Source: an uncultured delta proteobacterium
GTDB lineage: Bacteria > Desulfobacterota > Syntrophobacteria > Syntrophobacterales > Syntrophobacteraceae
Length of the DNA: 64,000 bases
Reading direction: 5' to 3'
Assembly: GCA_963808625.1 (NCBI GenBank)
Contig: CAWEHK010000051.1
Span: forward strand, 97,425 to 161,424
The notes below the pieces were generated by a model, which was not told the DNA's origin, searched no databases, and saw nothing but the letters and a program-made list of their open reading frames with translations. Each line of letters starts with the position of its first letter. The stretch's first letter is position 1. The translations under genes and the position numbers were made by a program. Positions 41,041 to 52,842 of the stretch are shown piece after piece.

Positions 41041-43762
41041 TTGAGAAACATCTCACGACCGAAGCACTTTCATAAAAAGCCTTATTCAGCCCGGAAATCG
41101 TCGGTAGGCCCGTTGAGTGGTGCGGACCTGGCTTTCTCCGTACGCATTCACCGGAACCTTCGTCCCGTCCTTGAGCGCATCCGGGTCCCGCACCCTCAAC
41201 CCTTCACCCCGGACCCGTTTCAACTGGAGGCCCTTGAGGCCCTGGCGCGGACCGACGTCCTGGTGACGGCGCCAACCGGTTCCGGCAAGACCTACATCGC
41301 CATCAAGGCCATCGAGCGCACCCTTCACAGCGGTGGCAAGAGCTGGTACGCTTCTCCGCTGAAAGCTCTTTCCAACTCAAAATATGAGGAATTTTCGCAG
41401 CTTTTCGGTGCTGACAAGGTGGGGATTCTCACCGGGGACCGGAAAGAGAACCTGCAGGCCCCGATCATTGTCGGCACCACGGAAATCCTCCGGAACCAGC
41501 TCTATGACACGATGCACCGCGGCGAAGACCTCGAAGAAGACCTCGTGGTCCTGGATGAAGCGCATTTTCTTGGCGACGAAGACCGGGGAGTGGTTTGGGA
41601 AGAAGTATTCATCTATCTCCCCTCGCGCGTCAAACTCCTGCTCCTCTCCGCAACCATCCGCAATGCCCAGGAGATCTGTTCCTGGCTCGAGTGGCTTCGG
41701 TCAACGCCGTGCACCTGGGTTGCCGCCTATGACCGGCCGGTGCCGCTCTATCCCCTGTTTCTCTTTACCGATGGAGAACTGAGCCCTCTCAGCACGCGGC
41801 GCGGACTCTTTACGAAAGTCCGAACGGTGGACAGCAGGTTATTCCCCAAAAACGACTTTCCCAACATCCCCAGGGTCCTGCAAACGCTACGGCAGGCTAA
41901 TCTGCTTCCGGCGATTTTTTTCCTCAAATCACGGGCCGATTGCGAAAGGGCGATTTTTCTCTGCCATCCGGTCCCCGAATACGAAGGCGCAAAGAGTTCT
42001 CCACTCTTCAAACAGCGCCTCGATGATCTCCTGGAAGACTTCCCCTTCCTGCGGCGTCATCAGCATCTTTCGATCCTGAAATACGCCCGGGTGGGGGCGC
42101 ATCACGGCGGCCAACTGCCTCACTGGAAGCTTTTCCTCGAAAGACTGATGCAGGAAGGATGGCTGGAAGCCATCTTTTCCACCTCGACGGTGGCGGCCGG
42201 CGTGAATTACCCCGCACGCACGGTGGTGATTTGCCAGAGCGACCGCTTCAATGGCCGGGAATTTACCGGGCTCACCGCCACCGACCTGCTGCAGATGACC
42301 GGACGCGCCGGTCGCCGGGGCATGGATGAGATTGGTTTTGTGCTCACCCTGCCCGGCCCTCATCAAGACCCCCAGCTCATCCATGACTTGCTCAAATCGC
42401 CGCCGGACACCATTAAGAGCCAGATCCGCGTCAATTTCTCGATGGCGCTCAATTTGCTCCTCTCTCACCGACCTGATGAAATCGCCACCCTTTTCTCTTC
42501 TTCCCTCGCAACTTTCCAGGACTTCAAGGAAGAATCTCAACTCAGCGGAAAGTTCCTCGAGGCAAAAAAAGTACTCGACCAGTGGTTGCCCGAAACCGCA
42601 TGCGGCTCTTTGGAAAAGTTGGCGGAAATTCGTCCTCAGTACAGCTTCCTCCAGGAGCGAACGCGAAAAGCACGAAAACTCTGGAAACGCCAGGCCTCTC
42701 TGCACTCGTTTTACGATCTTCTTGTTCCTTGCAGGATTTTTCTCAGCGGGCGAGGGACCCCCTATGCCGTCATGTCCCCGCCGCAAATGGAGCAACAAAC
42801 CGTTGAAGCGGTCCGCCTTGCCTTCCCCATTCGCTACCGAAAGGGGCACATCCGGACTTACAAAGTTGCCCTTCAGCGCATCCGGTCCCTTGGCGAAAAG
42901 CTTGAAAACCTCCCTTCTTCGAAAGATCGGCAGGGATGGGAAACGTTGGTTTCTCAGATAACCTCGAGGAGGCACCAGGGCGAGAAAGAGGGACCCGATA
43001 CGGAGAAATGGCTGCCGCTCGAGGTCGCCGCCCGCGAACTGACCGGACTGGTGGCGACGAAAGCGGCCATGCCCTGCGATTCGTGCTCTCTTTTTGGCCC
43101 CTGCCAGAAGCTTACATCGCACCCCTTCTCCGCCTCCGTCCAGCAGTATTTTGCCCATCTCTCGCAAATGAACACCATCCAGGAGCAGCTTTGGAGATCA
43201 TTCCAGCAGCATTACCGGATTCTCCAGGAGGAAGGCTATGTGAACGAAGAGGGCCGTCTGACCGAGGATGGTTTGTGGGCATCGAAATTGACGGCTGGAC
43301 CAGCCGCTGCTGATCTCTGAAGGCATCCGGAAGGAAGTCTTTCCGGTCGACAATGCCGAGCTCCTGGCAGCACTCATCGCGCCCTTTGTCATGGACCGGG
43401 AGCGGCCTGGAGACATCCAGCTGTCCACCCTGGTCTGGAAGTACCCCGAGGTCGCCAAACCCTTTTTCAAGATGCTCCAGGGTCTTCAGCGTTTGCGGGA
43501 ACGGCTGCAGGCGGACGGCTTCACGACCCCGCCGCTGCCGTTTTGGACCGTGGTTACGGTCTATCACTGGGCTCGTGGGGAATCCTGGGAAAAAGTGCGG
43601 GAGATCTCCGGGATGGATGAGGGCGACTTGGCCATGGTGGTTTTGCGCACGGCAGATCACCTGCGCCAGATTGAGTCGCTTGCCGAGACCCACCCGCGCC
43701 TCGCGGCATCGGCCCGCCAGGCAATTGAACGAATTCTGCGCGAACCCGTATTGATGGAATAA
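41041..43762 (+). CDS. Ski2/HelY-like DEAD/DEAH-box helicase (frameshift near 43290)
   Basis: APTGSGKT, SPLKALSN, DEAH, LSAT, HHGG, QMTGRAGRRG; C-terminal DEGDL..RTADHLRQI. Confidence 0.9.
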
Positions 43763-44047
43763 GAGATGAAAAACCCCTGGCATACTCTTCCCCGGGGATT
43801 TTTTGTTCGGTTAACAAAGGGTTAAGGGCCGGGAGCTTCCGTGCCTGCGTTCCCAAGCCGGAGCTTGAGAACGAGCGAACGAGCGAGTTCCCATCTTCTC
43901 TAGAGATGGGTCGTGGGAATTCTTCCTGCGAGTTTTGCGAAAATCTGAATTTTAAGACACGCTCTAAGCGAGCCGCCAGCGAAGGGACCGGCAAAGCCGG
44001 CGAGGCCCCAAATTGCTGAGGATGTTGATGCCGTAAATTCCCCCCCA

Positions 44048-44080
44048 AAAAAGCGCCCCGGATGGAACCGGGGCGCTTTC
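44048..44080 (-). terminator. Intrinsic terminator of the MFS gene
   Basis: AAAAAAGCGCCCCGG-loop-CCGGGGCGCTTT. Confidence 0.75.
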
Positions 44081-44112
44081 GATTAAAGTTCTTGTACACG
44101 TTATCCTGGAGA

Positions 44113-45355
44113 CTAGACGTGTTTCTTCTCAGGCGGCTTCGTGGTGAAAAGAATTATACATCCAAGGGCGCACAAGGCCGCTGCACAAAGGAACGGCATG
44201 TAGTACGTTCCCGTCATATCCTTCAGATAGCCGCCGACCCATGGCCCGGCAAAGCCCGCAAGCCCCCACGCCGTAAACAGAAGGCCGTAGTTGCTCCCCT
44301 GTGCCGTCGGCCCGTAGAACTGGAGGCAGGTGGCCGGGAACAAGGTAAACATGGCGCCGTAGTTCCAGCCGATGAGAACGGCAATGGCCCCCAGCCCGTA
44401 GAAACTGCTGCCAAGCTGAAAGATCGCGAGCATCGCGATGGTCTGCAGCAGAAACGTTGCCGCGAAGTAAACACGAATCCCGATCTTGTCCACAAAAAAG
44501 CCGGAAAGGATTCGCGTCGACGCATTGGCGAAAGCGAGGAAGCTTACGGCGCCGGCAGCCGCCATGGCCGTCAGACCCGAATCCCTTCCAAAACCGGCAA
44601 GGTGACCGATGACCATCAACCCCGCGAAGGAACCGCAGAAGTAGGCCAGATACAGCAGCCAGAACTTGGAATCACTTTTGCTTTCCTCGTGGGTCCAGTC
44701 ACGAACCACCTTGGGGGCCGCCGTACCCGCCGGAGGCGCGGGCGGATTCCAGCCTGCGGGCTTCCATCCTGCCGGGGGGACTTTCAGCAACAGACCGGCT
44801 CCAACCGCCATGATCCCCATGGCCACCCCGCAGTACCAGAACACGTAGCGCCAGCCCATGCCCGGGGCCTCAATGAGATAGGTGGCCAGAGGCCCCATGA
44901 GGAACGAACCGAGACCCAGGCCAACGACGGCAAACCCTGTCGCCAGGGCGCGTCGGTCAGGCCACCATTTCGGCGCCGTCGCAATGGGTGGCAGGTAAAT
45001 GATGCCGCCTCCAAAACCGGCAATAACTCCATACGTAATATAAAGCTGTATCTTTGATTGAATAAACCCGGACAGCACAAATCCGATGCAGAGAATGATA
45101 CCGCCCGCAATAACCACACGACTCGGACCGTACTTGTCGCTGATACGGCCTGCGGGAAACGTCATCAACCCGAAGATCAGACAGCAGATTGCGAAGGCCA
45201 GGGCGATCTCCGCACGGCGTCCACCCGAATTCCGCATTAAGAGGCTTAATGAACACACTCCATGCATAGAGAAGCATACCGCACGTGGTACTGCTTATCA
45301 GCCCGCACAGTAAAGGAATCCATCTCGCTTGAGTAGCTTTCACTTCTTCCGCCAT
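44113..45355 (-). CDS. MFS transporter, oxalate/formate antiporter (OFA) family (frameshifts near the 5' end)
   Basis: [43 protein letters not shown]. Confidence 0.88.
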
Positions 45356-46083
45356 TATTTAGACCCTCCGTTCAACGAATAAGAAATCAATAATAAGACT
45401 TGATAACAACCCCGGATCTCCATTCATTGCCTACGATACGATAAGTGCGTGGCATCACATCGTTTCGCAATGGCTCCCCTTGCCGGCTAAAAAAATAGTT
45501 GATTCTATGACCTTTTCTGCCCTCCTTTCTTTCGGCGATAGGTGCTAAGAAATCGCTTTTTCAGGTCCTTTTGACAGCAACTGTCATGGCTGCTGTCAAG
45601 GTCATTTAGCGCTGTTATACAACAGCATTTACGTGCCCTCACTCAGTGGAAGCTGAATCGGGCACAAGAACTGTGACGAGAAAAGATTTGTTAAAAAAGA
45701 TGTGAGAAAAGTATTCCTAAAACATCAACTGGTGAGCAGTACTTCGAGCAACGCATCAACATATCATGGTAGAAGAGCAGAGCCACGCGATCCGGAACGC
45801 AGACAGCATGATGTTTTAGTGAAGAAGATCGTTCAATCTGCCATCCTCCGACCATCTCAGGATGGACCTAAGAATAAATAAGTTAACAAAATAACGGAGA
45901 AAAGTGCTGCGCTTGGCTTGGCTTCTCCTGCCCCTCACCCGAACCTGGACTTCTCACCCCCTTCCTCGTGATATGAACCGCCCTTTGCACAAGTCAAGCG
46001 GCCTTGGTGCAGACTCCTAGGTTTGCGGGCGATCTTGGCACAATTGTGGTTGTCTGTCAACGGCATTTCTCAGTCATTTTCTA

Positions 46084-46500
46084 TCAGGAAGATTTCTCAA
46101 AAGGCTGCAAATGAAGGTGCCGGATATCGTCCTTAAGAAAGAACCGGCTCTCCTGGACCTTCTTCAGCAGCAGCCCGGTGGTGAAGATGGCTTTGTTTGC
46201 GGCCTCGAAGCTGCTCAGGCTCTTCACCGCCGCGAGGGTGATCACGGTGTCAATGCAAATGGCGTACTCGATTCCGTGATTATCATTGACTGCGATGAGG
46301 TCAATCGCTCGATCCTGAATTCGCGGGGGCATATAGTCCGCCACAACACGATGCCCGGTCTGGCACAACTGCCAGTACAAATGACACTGCAATGTACGCC
46401 GGACAGAGTGGTCGCTCCTAAAAGGCTTTGGCAGTTGCAGCCATGCTTTTTCGAGGTCTTTCTTCCATGTTGCCAACATCTGTCCCAGGTCTTCCCCCAT
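46084..46500 (-). CDS. Hypothetical protein
   Basis: GGAGG RBS; ~138-aa ORF; no confident family. Confidence 0.55.
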   Translation of the reverse strand: MGEDLGQMLATWKKDLEKAWLQLPKPFRSDHSVRRTLQCHLYWQLCQTGHRVVADYMPPRIQDRAIDLIAVNDNHGIEYAICIDTVITLAAVKSLSSFEAANKAIFTTGLLLKKVQESRFFLKDDIRHLHLQPFEKSS

Positions 46501-46609
46501 GTTTCCTCCCTCAACCCTTCGAAAATCTTCGGTTAACTATTTGCCAACGGGCATTGTGCGGCCACTATAAGTACTTCTGTAAAATTGTTATGTCAAAGAA
46601 AAAGGGTTG

Positions 46610-46690
46610 GGTGAGAGTTGATGGTGGATGGTTGATGGTTGAGGTTGAGGGTTGATGGTTGATGGTTGATGGGGGAGGGGTTGGGGGTGG
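46610..46690. repeat. (GGTTGAT)n heptamer array; inverted relative to the array at 50540-50612
   Basis: GGTTGATGGTTGAGG... tandem units. Confidence 0.75.
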
Positions 46691-46811
46691 AGACTGGCGC
46701 TGGCTGTTCGTGGTGGCGGGAAGATTTCCGAGTTGTACTTTTCGCCCAAATTCGGTTAATAGATTAGGGTTAACAATCTTAATCACATCTTCATCTCTCC
46801 TGCCAACATTC

Positions 46812-46858
46812 CAGCGAGCGCTTGGTTCTCGATGTAACCAAGTTGGCGGAGCTGTGTG
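46812..46858 (+). promoter_or_regulatory. JUMPStart/ops-like element at the head of the polysaccharide operon
   Basis: Hairpin CTTGGTT..AACCAAG followed by GGCGGAGC (ops consensus GGCGGTAG); 3' part repeated at 52769-52789. Confidence 0.4.
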
Positions 46859-46869
46859 TTGCTCCCGTC

Positions 46870-48091
46870 ATGTCTTCAGATACGGATCAGGTGAACTTCG
46901 AGTCAAGAATATACATAGCCGGCCATCGGGGCCTGGTGGGGTCTGCCCTGTTTCGCCGTCTCCGGGCAAGCGGTTACGCCAACCTCATCTGTCGCAGCCA
47001 TGACGAACTCGACCTTGAAAGCCAACCGGCAGTGGACCGGTTCTTTACCGATGAGCACCCCGAGTACGTCATGCTGGCGGCGGCAAAGGTCGGAGGAATC
47101 AACGCCAACGCCACTTACCCGGTTGATTTCCTGCTCAAAAACCTCAGAATCCAAACTAACGTGATCGAAGCATCCTGGCGCCACCAAGTCAAGGGCCTGC
47201 TTTTTCTTGGGAGCTCCTGCATCTACCCGCGGCTCGCGCCGCAACCATTGAAAGAGGAGTACGTCTTAACCGGGCTTCTTGAAGCCACCAACGAACCCTA
47301 TGCCATCGCGAAAATCGCCGGAATTGAACTGTGTGAAGCCTACAATCGCCAGTATGGCGCAAGGTTTTTGAGCGTCATGCCAACCAACCTCTATGGCCCG
47401 AACGACAACTACGATCTCGAAGCCTCGCACGTGCTCCCGGCCTTCATTCGCAAATTTCATCTGGCCAAACTCGCAGCGCAGAACGATTGGAGCGGCATCA
47501 AAGCCGATGAGACGCGATACGGGTCCATTCCACCCGATATTTTTGAGGCTCTTACCGGGTGCAGGCAGCGAGGTGGACCTCTCCATGCGAACCCCTACGC
47601 CTGGCGCTTCGAACGAAAGCCACACCCCTGTGGTGAGACTCTGGGGAACAGGTTCCCCGCGACGCGAATTTCTCTTTGCCGACGACCTCGCCGACGCCTG
47701 CATTTTCTTGATGAGTCGTCTCGACGAGATATTCGACAAGCACCGACGCCACCCGGCACTCAGCACTCAGCACTCAGCACCCACCACGCCACTCATCACT
47801 CCAGTCACTCATCACTCATCACTCATCACTCATCACTACTCTCTTGCCACCCGTCATCTCATCAACATCGGCTCCGGTAAAGACCTTGCCATCAGCGAGC
47901 TTGCCGAGATGGTGGCAAGGACCGTCGGTTATGATGGACCGGTGGCATGGGACCCGACCAAACCTGACGGGACGCCGCAGAAATTGTTGGATGTGAGCCG
48001 CATGACCACTCTTGGCTGGCAGCCCAGGATCTCCCTCGAAGAGGGTATTCGCCTGGCGTACCGGGATTATCTGCAAAAAGGAGAAGCATGA
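46870..48091 (+). CDS. fcl: GDP-L-fucose synthase (frameshift near 47600; in-frame heptamer-derived insert)
   Basis: [61 protein letters not shown]. Confidence 0.92.
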
Positions 48092-49251
48092 ACAGCGGCA
48101 AGGTTGCCCTCGTCACCGGCATTACCGGCCAGGACGGCGCGTATCTGGCGGATTTCCTGATCGAAAAGGGATATACGGTTCACGGGATCAAGCGTCGTGC
48201 TTCGCTTTTCAATACGCAGCGCGTCGATCATCTCTACGAGGACCCTCATGTCGAAGACCGGCGTTTCGTCATGCATTACGGAGACCTCACCGATGCCACC
48301 AACCTCATCCGAATCATCCAGGAAGTACAGCCGGATGAAATATATAACCTCGCCGCCCAAAGCCACGTGAAGGTTTCCTTTGAAACTCCCGAGTACACCG
48401 CCAATGCGGATGCCCTCGGCGCGTTGCGCCTGCTCGAAGCGATCAGGATTTTGCAGCTTCAGGACAGGACCCGTTTTTATCAGGCTTCGACGTCGGAACT
48501 TTACGGCCAGGTGCAGGAAATCCCGCAGACGGAGCGCACCCCGTTTTATCCCCGCTCTCCCTACGCGGTGGCCAAATTGTACGGCTTCTGGATCACCGTG
48601 AATTATCGTGAAGCCTACGGCCTCTTTGCCTGCAACGGCATCCTTTTCAACCATGAATCACCGCTTCGAGGAGAAACCTTCGTCACCCGCAAAATTACCC
48701 GCGCCGCAGCGAGGATCGCTCTTGGGCTCCAGGAAAAGATCTACCTCGGCAACCTGAACGCCCTCCGCGACTGGGGCCATGCCCGGGACTTCGTCGCCGC
48801 CCAGTGGCTGATGCTGCAGCAGGAGGCGCCGGCAGATTACGTGATCGCCACCGGCGAGCAGCATTCCGTCAGGGAGTTTTGTGAGCAGGCCTTCGCCCAG
48901 GTTGGAATCGAACTGGACTGGCGCGGGAGCGGCGTCACCGAGCAAGGGGTTGTTGCCACACTGCACCCATCACCGCTTCTTGAAGAATATGCTCACCACT
49001 CCCGGGCACGCCTCCCGCAACCCGGGAAAGTCATCATTCACGTCGATCCGGCGTACTTCCGACCAACGGAAGTCGAGACCCTCCTTGGAGACCCCCGCAA
49101 AGCCCGAGAAGAGCTCGGCTGGCGTCCGCAAATCACCTTCACCGAACTGGTCGGGGAGATGGTCGCGAACGATCTCCTGGAAGCCACCCGCGAATACATC
49201 TGCCAGCGCAACGGTTTTCCGCTGCAGGCCAGTTGTGAAGAGCACATGTAA
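48088..49251 (+). CDS. gmd: GDP-mannose 4,6-dehydratase
   Basis: [58 protein letters not shown]. Confidence 0.97.
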   Translation: MNSGKVALVTGITGQDGAYLADFLIEKGYTVHGIKRRASLFNTQRVDHLYEDPHVEDRRFVMHYGDLTDATNLIRIIQEVQPDEIYNLAAQSHVKVSFETPEYTANADALGALRLLEAIRILQLQDRTRFYQASTSELYGQVQEIPQTERTPFYPRSPYAVAKLYGFWITVNYREAYGLFACNGILFNHESPLRGETFVTRKITRAAARIALGLQEKIYLGNLNALRDWGHARDFVAAQWLMLQQEAPADYVIATGEQHSVREFCEQAFAQVGIELDWRGSGVTEQGVVATLHPSPLLEEYAHHSRARLPQPGKVIIHVDPAYFRPTEVETLLGDPRKAREELGWRPQITFTELVGEMVANDLLEATREYICQRNGFPLQASCEEHM

Positions 49252-49293
49252 AGGAAGTCGCTGAAGCGGCCGCCAACTCCTCTGAGCATACCA

Positions 49294-50454
49294 ATGCAAA
49301 GAAACCGCCCCGAAGATGACCTGCTCCTCTATTGCGCCACTCTCCATGGCGGACGTGAAAAGTCTGCTCGGATCACCGCGTTGATCGAGCAAAACATTGA
49401 CTGGTCCTATCTCCTCGAGGCGGCTCGACGCCATGGGACCTTGCCGCTCCTCTATTACAACCTCAAGGAAGTAAATTCCGCAATGATTCCAGCCGATGTC
49501 GTTGACCGGCTGCTCAATAATTTTCGCATCCACGCAGCAAGACACCTCATCCTCATCCATCATCTTCTGATCATCCTCGACCTCTTCCGGAAGCACGACA
49601 TCGCCCTGATACCCTACAAGGGCCCAACACTTGATGCGATCGCCTATCGGGCAACGGGGGTGAGGCAATTCTGCGACCTCGATTTCATCATTCACAAGCG
49701 CGATTTCCAGAAAGCCAAGGGACTCGTGGTGTCACAAGGCTACCGGCCGGAGCTCGCCTTATCTCCGGCGGAAGAATCCTTATATTTGGAGCATGAATGC
49801 GAGTACAACTTCTATCAGAAAGATACCGGGATCATGGTGGAGTTCCACTGGGGAATCGTACCGGATTATTATTCGTGCGATTTTGATCTCAGCGAACTGT
49901 GGGGCCAACTGGAGCCGGTGATGCTCCTGGGAAGAGAAATGTTGACCATACCGCCCGAGAAGCTGCTGTTCGTGCTCTGTGCCCATCATGGCGGCAAGCA
50001 TCAATGGGAGAGGCTGGCCTGGATCAGCGACATTGCGCAGTTGATCAGCACGCACAGGGACATGGACTGGCAGCGAGTGATGGGGCAGGCGGCCCGTTCC
50101 GGGATGGAACGTATGCTGCTGCTTGGTCTTTATCTGGCGAAGACGATGCTTGCAGCCGACCTGCCTGACCTTGTCGAGAGGCGATTGCAGCTTGACTCCT
50201 CCCTGGAATCTCTTGCCGCCGGCGTGAGGGCGCGGATCTTCAGCCATGACGATCAGTCACCGGGGGAGATGGACCGCGTGGTTTTTTACCTGAAAATGAG
50301 AGAACGACTGCGGGATAAGCTTCGCTATCTTGTCCGGCGGCTCTTCACCCCCACTCTGAATGACTTTTCGGTGGCAGGATTACCGGTGTTGTTCCACGCC
50401 CTCTATCGCCTCGTGAGACCCTTCAGACTTGCCTGGCAGATCTCTCGACGCTGA
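49294..50454 (+). CDS. Nucleotidyltransferase family protein (NTP_transf_5-like)
   Basis: IPYKGP.L...Y..R...DLDFI, VEFHW, H.WERL.W..DI. Confidence 0.75.
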   Translation: MQRNRPEDDLLLYCATLHGGREKSARITALIEQNIDWSYLLEAARRHGTLPLLYYNLKEVNSAMIPADVVDRLLNNFRIHAARHLILIHHLLIILDLFRKHDIALIPYKGPTLDAIAYRATGVRQFCDLDFIIHKRDFQKAKGLVVSQGYRPELALSPAEESLYLEHECEYNFYQKDTGIMVEFHWGIVPDYYSCDFDLSELWGQLEPVMLLGREMLTIPPEKLLFVLCAHHGGKHQWERLAWISDIAQLISTHRDMDWQRVMGQAARSGMERMLLLGLYLAKTMLAADLPDLVERRLQLDSSLESLAAGVRARIFSHDDQSPGEMDRVVFYLKMRERLRDKLRYLVRRLFTPTLNDFSVAGLPVLFHALYRLVRPFRLAWQISRR

Positions 50455-50539
50455 TTATTGAACCCTTCATTGCTCAGCCCGGTACCACCATAACCACACG
50501 AACCATGTTGTAGATCGATCCTCCATAACCAAACATTCC

Positions 50540-50612
50540 CTCACCCCTCAACCATCCCCACTCAACCATCAACCCTCAACCATCAACCATCAACCATCAA
50601 CCATCAACCGCC
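50540..50612. repeat. (CAACCAT)n heptamer array
   Basis: CAACCATCAACCATCAACCAT... Confidence 0.75.
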
Positions 50613-50627
50613 CCCCACGGATTCTCT

Positions 50628-51467
50628 ATGTCTCAGACCACCACAGCCACCCAGGAACTGATCATTGAAGCGGGCAAGACCGAGCTCCACTATTGGAAAG
50701 ATTTGTGGCGCTACCGGGAGCTCTTCTATTTTTTGGCCTGGCGCGACATTCTCGTCCGCTATAAGCAGACCGCGATCGGCGTCCTCTGGAGCGTGCTCAG
50801 GCCGTTTCTCACCATGGTCGTCTTCACGGTCGTTTTTGGCAAGCTGGCAAAACTGCCATCTGAGGGAGTGCCCTACCCGATCCTCGTCTACGCCGCCATG
50901 CTGCCCTGGCAGTTCTTTGCCAATGCCCTTTCCGAAAGCGCCATGAGTCTGGTGGGGAATGCCAACCTGATTTCCAAGGTCTATTTCCCGCGCCTCGTGA
51001 TCCCGGCGAGCGCGGTGATCGTGAGCCTGGTCGATTTCTTTATCTCCTTCAGCATCCTCATCGTGCTCATGATTTGGTATGCCTTCATGCCCTCGTGGCG
51101 CCTGTTGACGCTACCGTTGTTCATTGTCTTCGCCTTTACGGCTTCCTTCGGCGTCGGCCTCTGGATCACGTCACTCAATGTGAAGTACCGTGACTTCCGC
51201 TACATCATCCCCTTCATTGTCCAGTTTGGGCTCTACATCTCACCGGTAGGCTTCTCCAGCACCATCATTCCGGAAGCCTGGCGCCCGCTCTATTCACTCA
51301 ACCCCATGGTGGGCGTGATCGACGGCTTCCGCTGGGCCATCTTGGGCGGACAGTACTATCTTTACCTGCCCGGCTTTATTACCTCGATAATACTGGTGCT
51401 GGCCATTCTGGTCTCCGGCGTGTGGTATTTCCGCAAGACCGAACGGACCTTTGCGGATATTATTTAG
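50628..51467 (+). CDS. wzm: ABC-2 polysaccharide exporter permease
   Basis: YRELFYFLAWRDILVRYKQT.IG..W, NLISKVYFPR, YRDFRY, LNPM.G.I.GFR, ERTFADII. Confidence 0.92.
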   Translation: MSQTTTATQELIIEAGKTELHYWKDLWRYRELFYFLAWRDILVRYKQTAIGVLWSVLRPFLTMVVFTVVFGKLAKLPSEGVPYPILVYAAMLPWQFFANALSESAMSLVGNANLISKVYFPRLVIPASAVIVSLVDFFISFSILIVLMIWYAFMPSWRLLTLPLFIVFAFTASFGVGLWITSLNVKYRDFRYIIPFIVQFGLYISPVGFSSTIIPEAWRPLYSLNPMVGVIDGFRWAILGGQYYLYLPGFITSIILVLAILVSGVWYFRKTERTFADII

Positions 51468-51491
51468 GGTCGTGAAGAGGCTGAAAACTCC

Positions 51492-51944
51492 GTGCAAAGC
51501 TCACGCAACCAAGAAGTTCACAACACGCCAAATCCCAGCGTTGCCCTCCAAGCCATAGCCCAAAGATACGGCCTTCAGCTTATCTACGCCTTTGGCAGTC
51601 GCGCGAGGGAAGCCCTCGAGTTTATCGCCGGCGCCAAACCCGAACTCGCTCCTGGCGCGTCCGACCTCGACCTCGGGGTCAAACCCGCAACCAGGCTCAC
51701 GGTTGACAACAAGGTCGATTTGGCCATGGAACTGGAAGATCTTTTTGGTGTGCAGCGAGTTGATCTGGTTGTGCTGCCCGAGGTCCCCACCTTTCTTGCC
51801 CTGGAAATCGTTTCAGGAGAATTGCTTTTTGCGGAAAACCCTCGTCATGAAGCGGAATACCAGCTCTATATCATGCGCAAGGCTGCCGAACTGATGCCTT
51901 TTCAGCGGGCAAAGGAGCGCATGATGTTGGGACTCGACCCATGA
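51492..51944 (+). CDS. MntA-like minimal nucleotidyltransferase antitoxin (pair 1)
   Basis: YAFGS-x21-DLD, RVDLVVL; ATGA overlap with the HEPN gene. Confidence 0.85.
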   Translation: MQSSRNQEVHNTPNPSVALQAIAQRYGLQLIYAFGSRAREALEFIAGAKPELAPGASDLDLGVKPATRLTVDNKVDLAMELEDLFGVQRVDLVVLPEVPTFLALEIVSGELLFAENPRHEAEYQLYIMRKAAELMPFQRAKERMMLGLDP

Positions 51945-52390
51945 CGCCGGGGACAACTCGACCTGAAATAGTCTCTGAACGCGTTTTCTGGATCCGCCGG
52001 ATGGTCGACGATCTAAGAACGCTTCCGCTCGATAACGTTGAAGCATTTCATGCCGAGAAGCATTCTTTTGCAGCCGCCGAATCCTATCTGCGCCGGGCTT
52101 TGGAGGCCCTCATGGACCTGGGCCGTCACATTCTGGCCAAAGGTTTCGGATATCCGGCAACGGAATACAAAGAAGTAGCCAGGGCCTTGAGTGAGAAGGG
52201 AGTGCTCGGTGTCGAGGCTGCGCAGCTCATGACCCGGATGGCTGGATATCGCAATCGGATGGTTCATTTTTACCACGAAATCCAACCCGACGAACTCTAT
52301 GAGATCTGTCACAGCCACCTTGATGACCTTGAGAAAGTGCTTGGCGAACTGTTGCTGTGGGTAAAGCAGTCCGGTACCGAGCCCTCATGA
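51941..52390 (+). CDS. HepT-like HEPN (DUF86) RNase toxin (pair 1)
   Basis: Rx4HxY motif RNRMVHFY. Confidence 0.88.
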   Translation: MTPGTTRPEIVSERVFWIRRMVDDLRTLPLDNVEAFHAEKHSFAAAESYLRRALEALMDLGRHILAKGFGYPATEYKEVARALSEKGVLGVEAAQLMTRMAGYRNRMVHFYHEIQPDELYEICHSHLDDLEKVLGELLLWVKQSGTEPS

Positions 52391-52473
52391 AAACGCGGTG
52401 GCGGTTGGGTGCAATTAGAAGTGAGAGTTGTGACAGATCTGAACGCAACAATAATAGCTTTGGACATACGCAA

Positions 52474-52570
52474 ATCGTCATTCCGGCACGCTTTAAGCCG
52501 GAATCCAGGAGTACATCTGCAGCGGTTAAACTGCCCTGGATTCCGGCTAGAAGAATGCCGGAATGACGAT
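52474..52570. repeat. REP-like palindromic element related to 7656-7789
   Basis: ATCGTCATTCCGGCA...GCCGGAATCCAG / CTGGATTCCGGC...TGCCGGAATGACGAT. Confidence 0.75.
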
Positions 52571-52842
52571 AGTGGCTCAGCAGCAGGCATTCGGGACGAA
52601 GGTTACTCCCACTTCCGATTACACCCGTGGGGGTTCTCGTCCTTGCAACCCGATCGGCTTGATGCTAAATAGCCCGCCACGGCAATATTCAAAATGCTCA
52701 AGACTCTCACCGGGTCTCCTTTAACCACCGGTCCCACGGACAACGGCAAACAAACGTGTCTCCGCGCCTGTAACCGAGTTGGCGGAGCTATAGGTTGGAT
52801 CGCTAATTCGTCCCTTCTGAAAGCATTGCGTGAGAGAAGCTT

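Noticed and set aside
43830..43880. GCGTTCCCAAGCCGGAGCTTGAGAACGAG REP-like hairpin
   Set aside because: Single degenerate copy in the window; a family cannot be supported from this sequence alone
45571..45640. TTGACAGCA..TGCTGTCAA inverted repeat and a sigma54-like GGCACGTAAATGC upstream of the MFS gene
   Set aside because: The -24/-12 spacing is one base short of consensus and no cognate regulator is visible; too weak to call
49294..50454. Lasso peptide cluster suggested by the NTP_transf_5-like gene
   Set aside because: No cyclase, B1/B2 proteins or precursor peptide nearby
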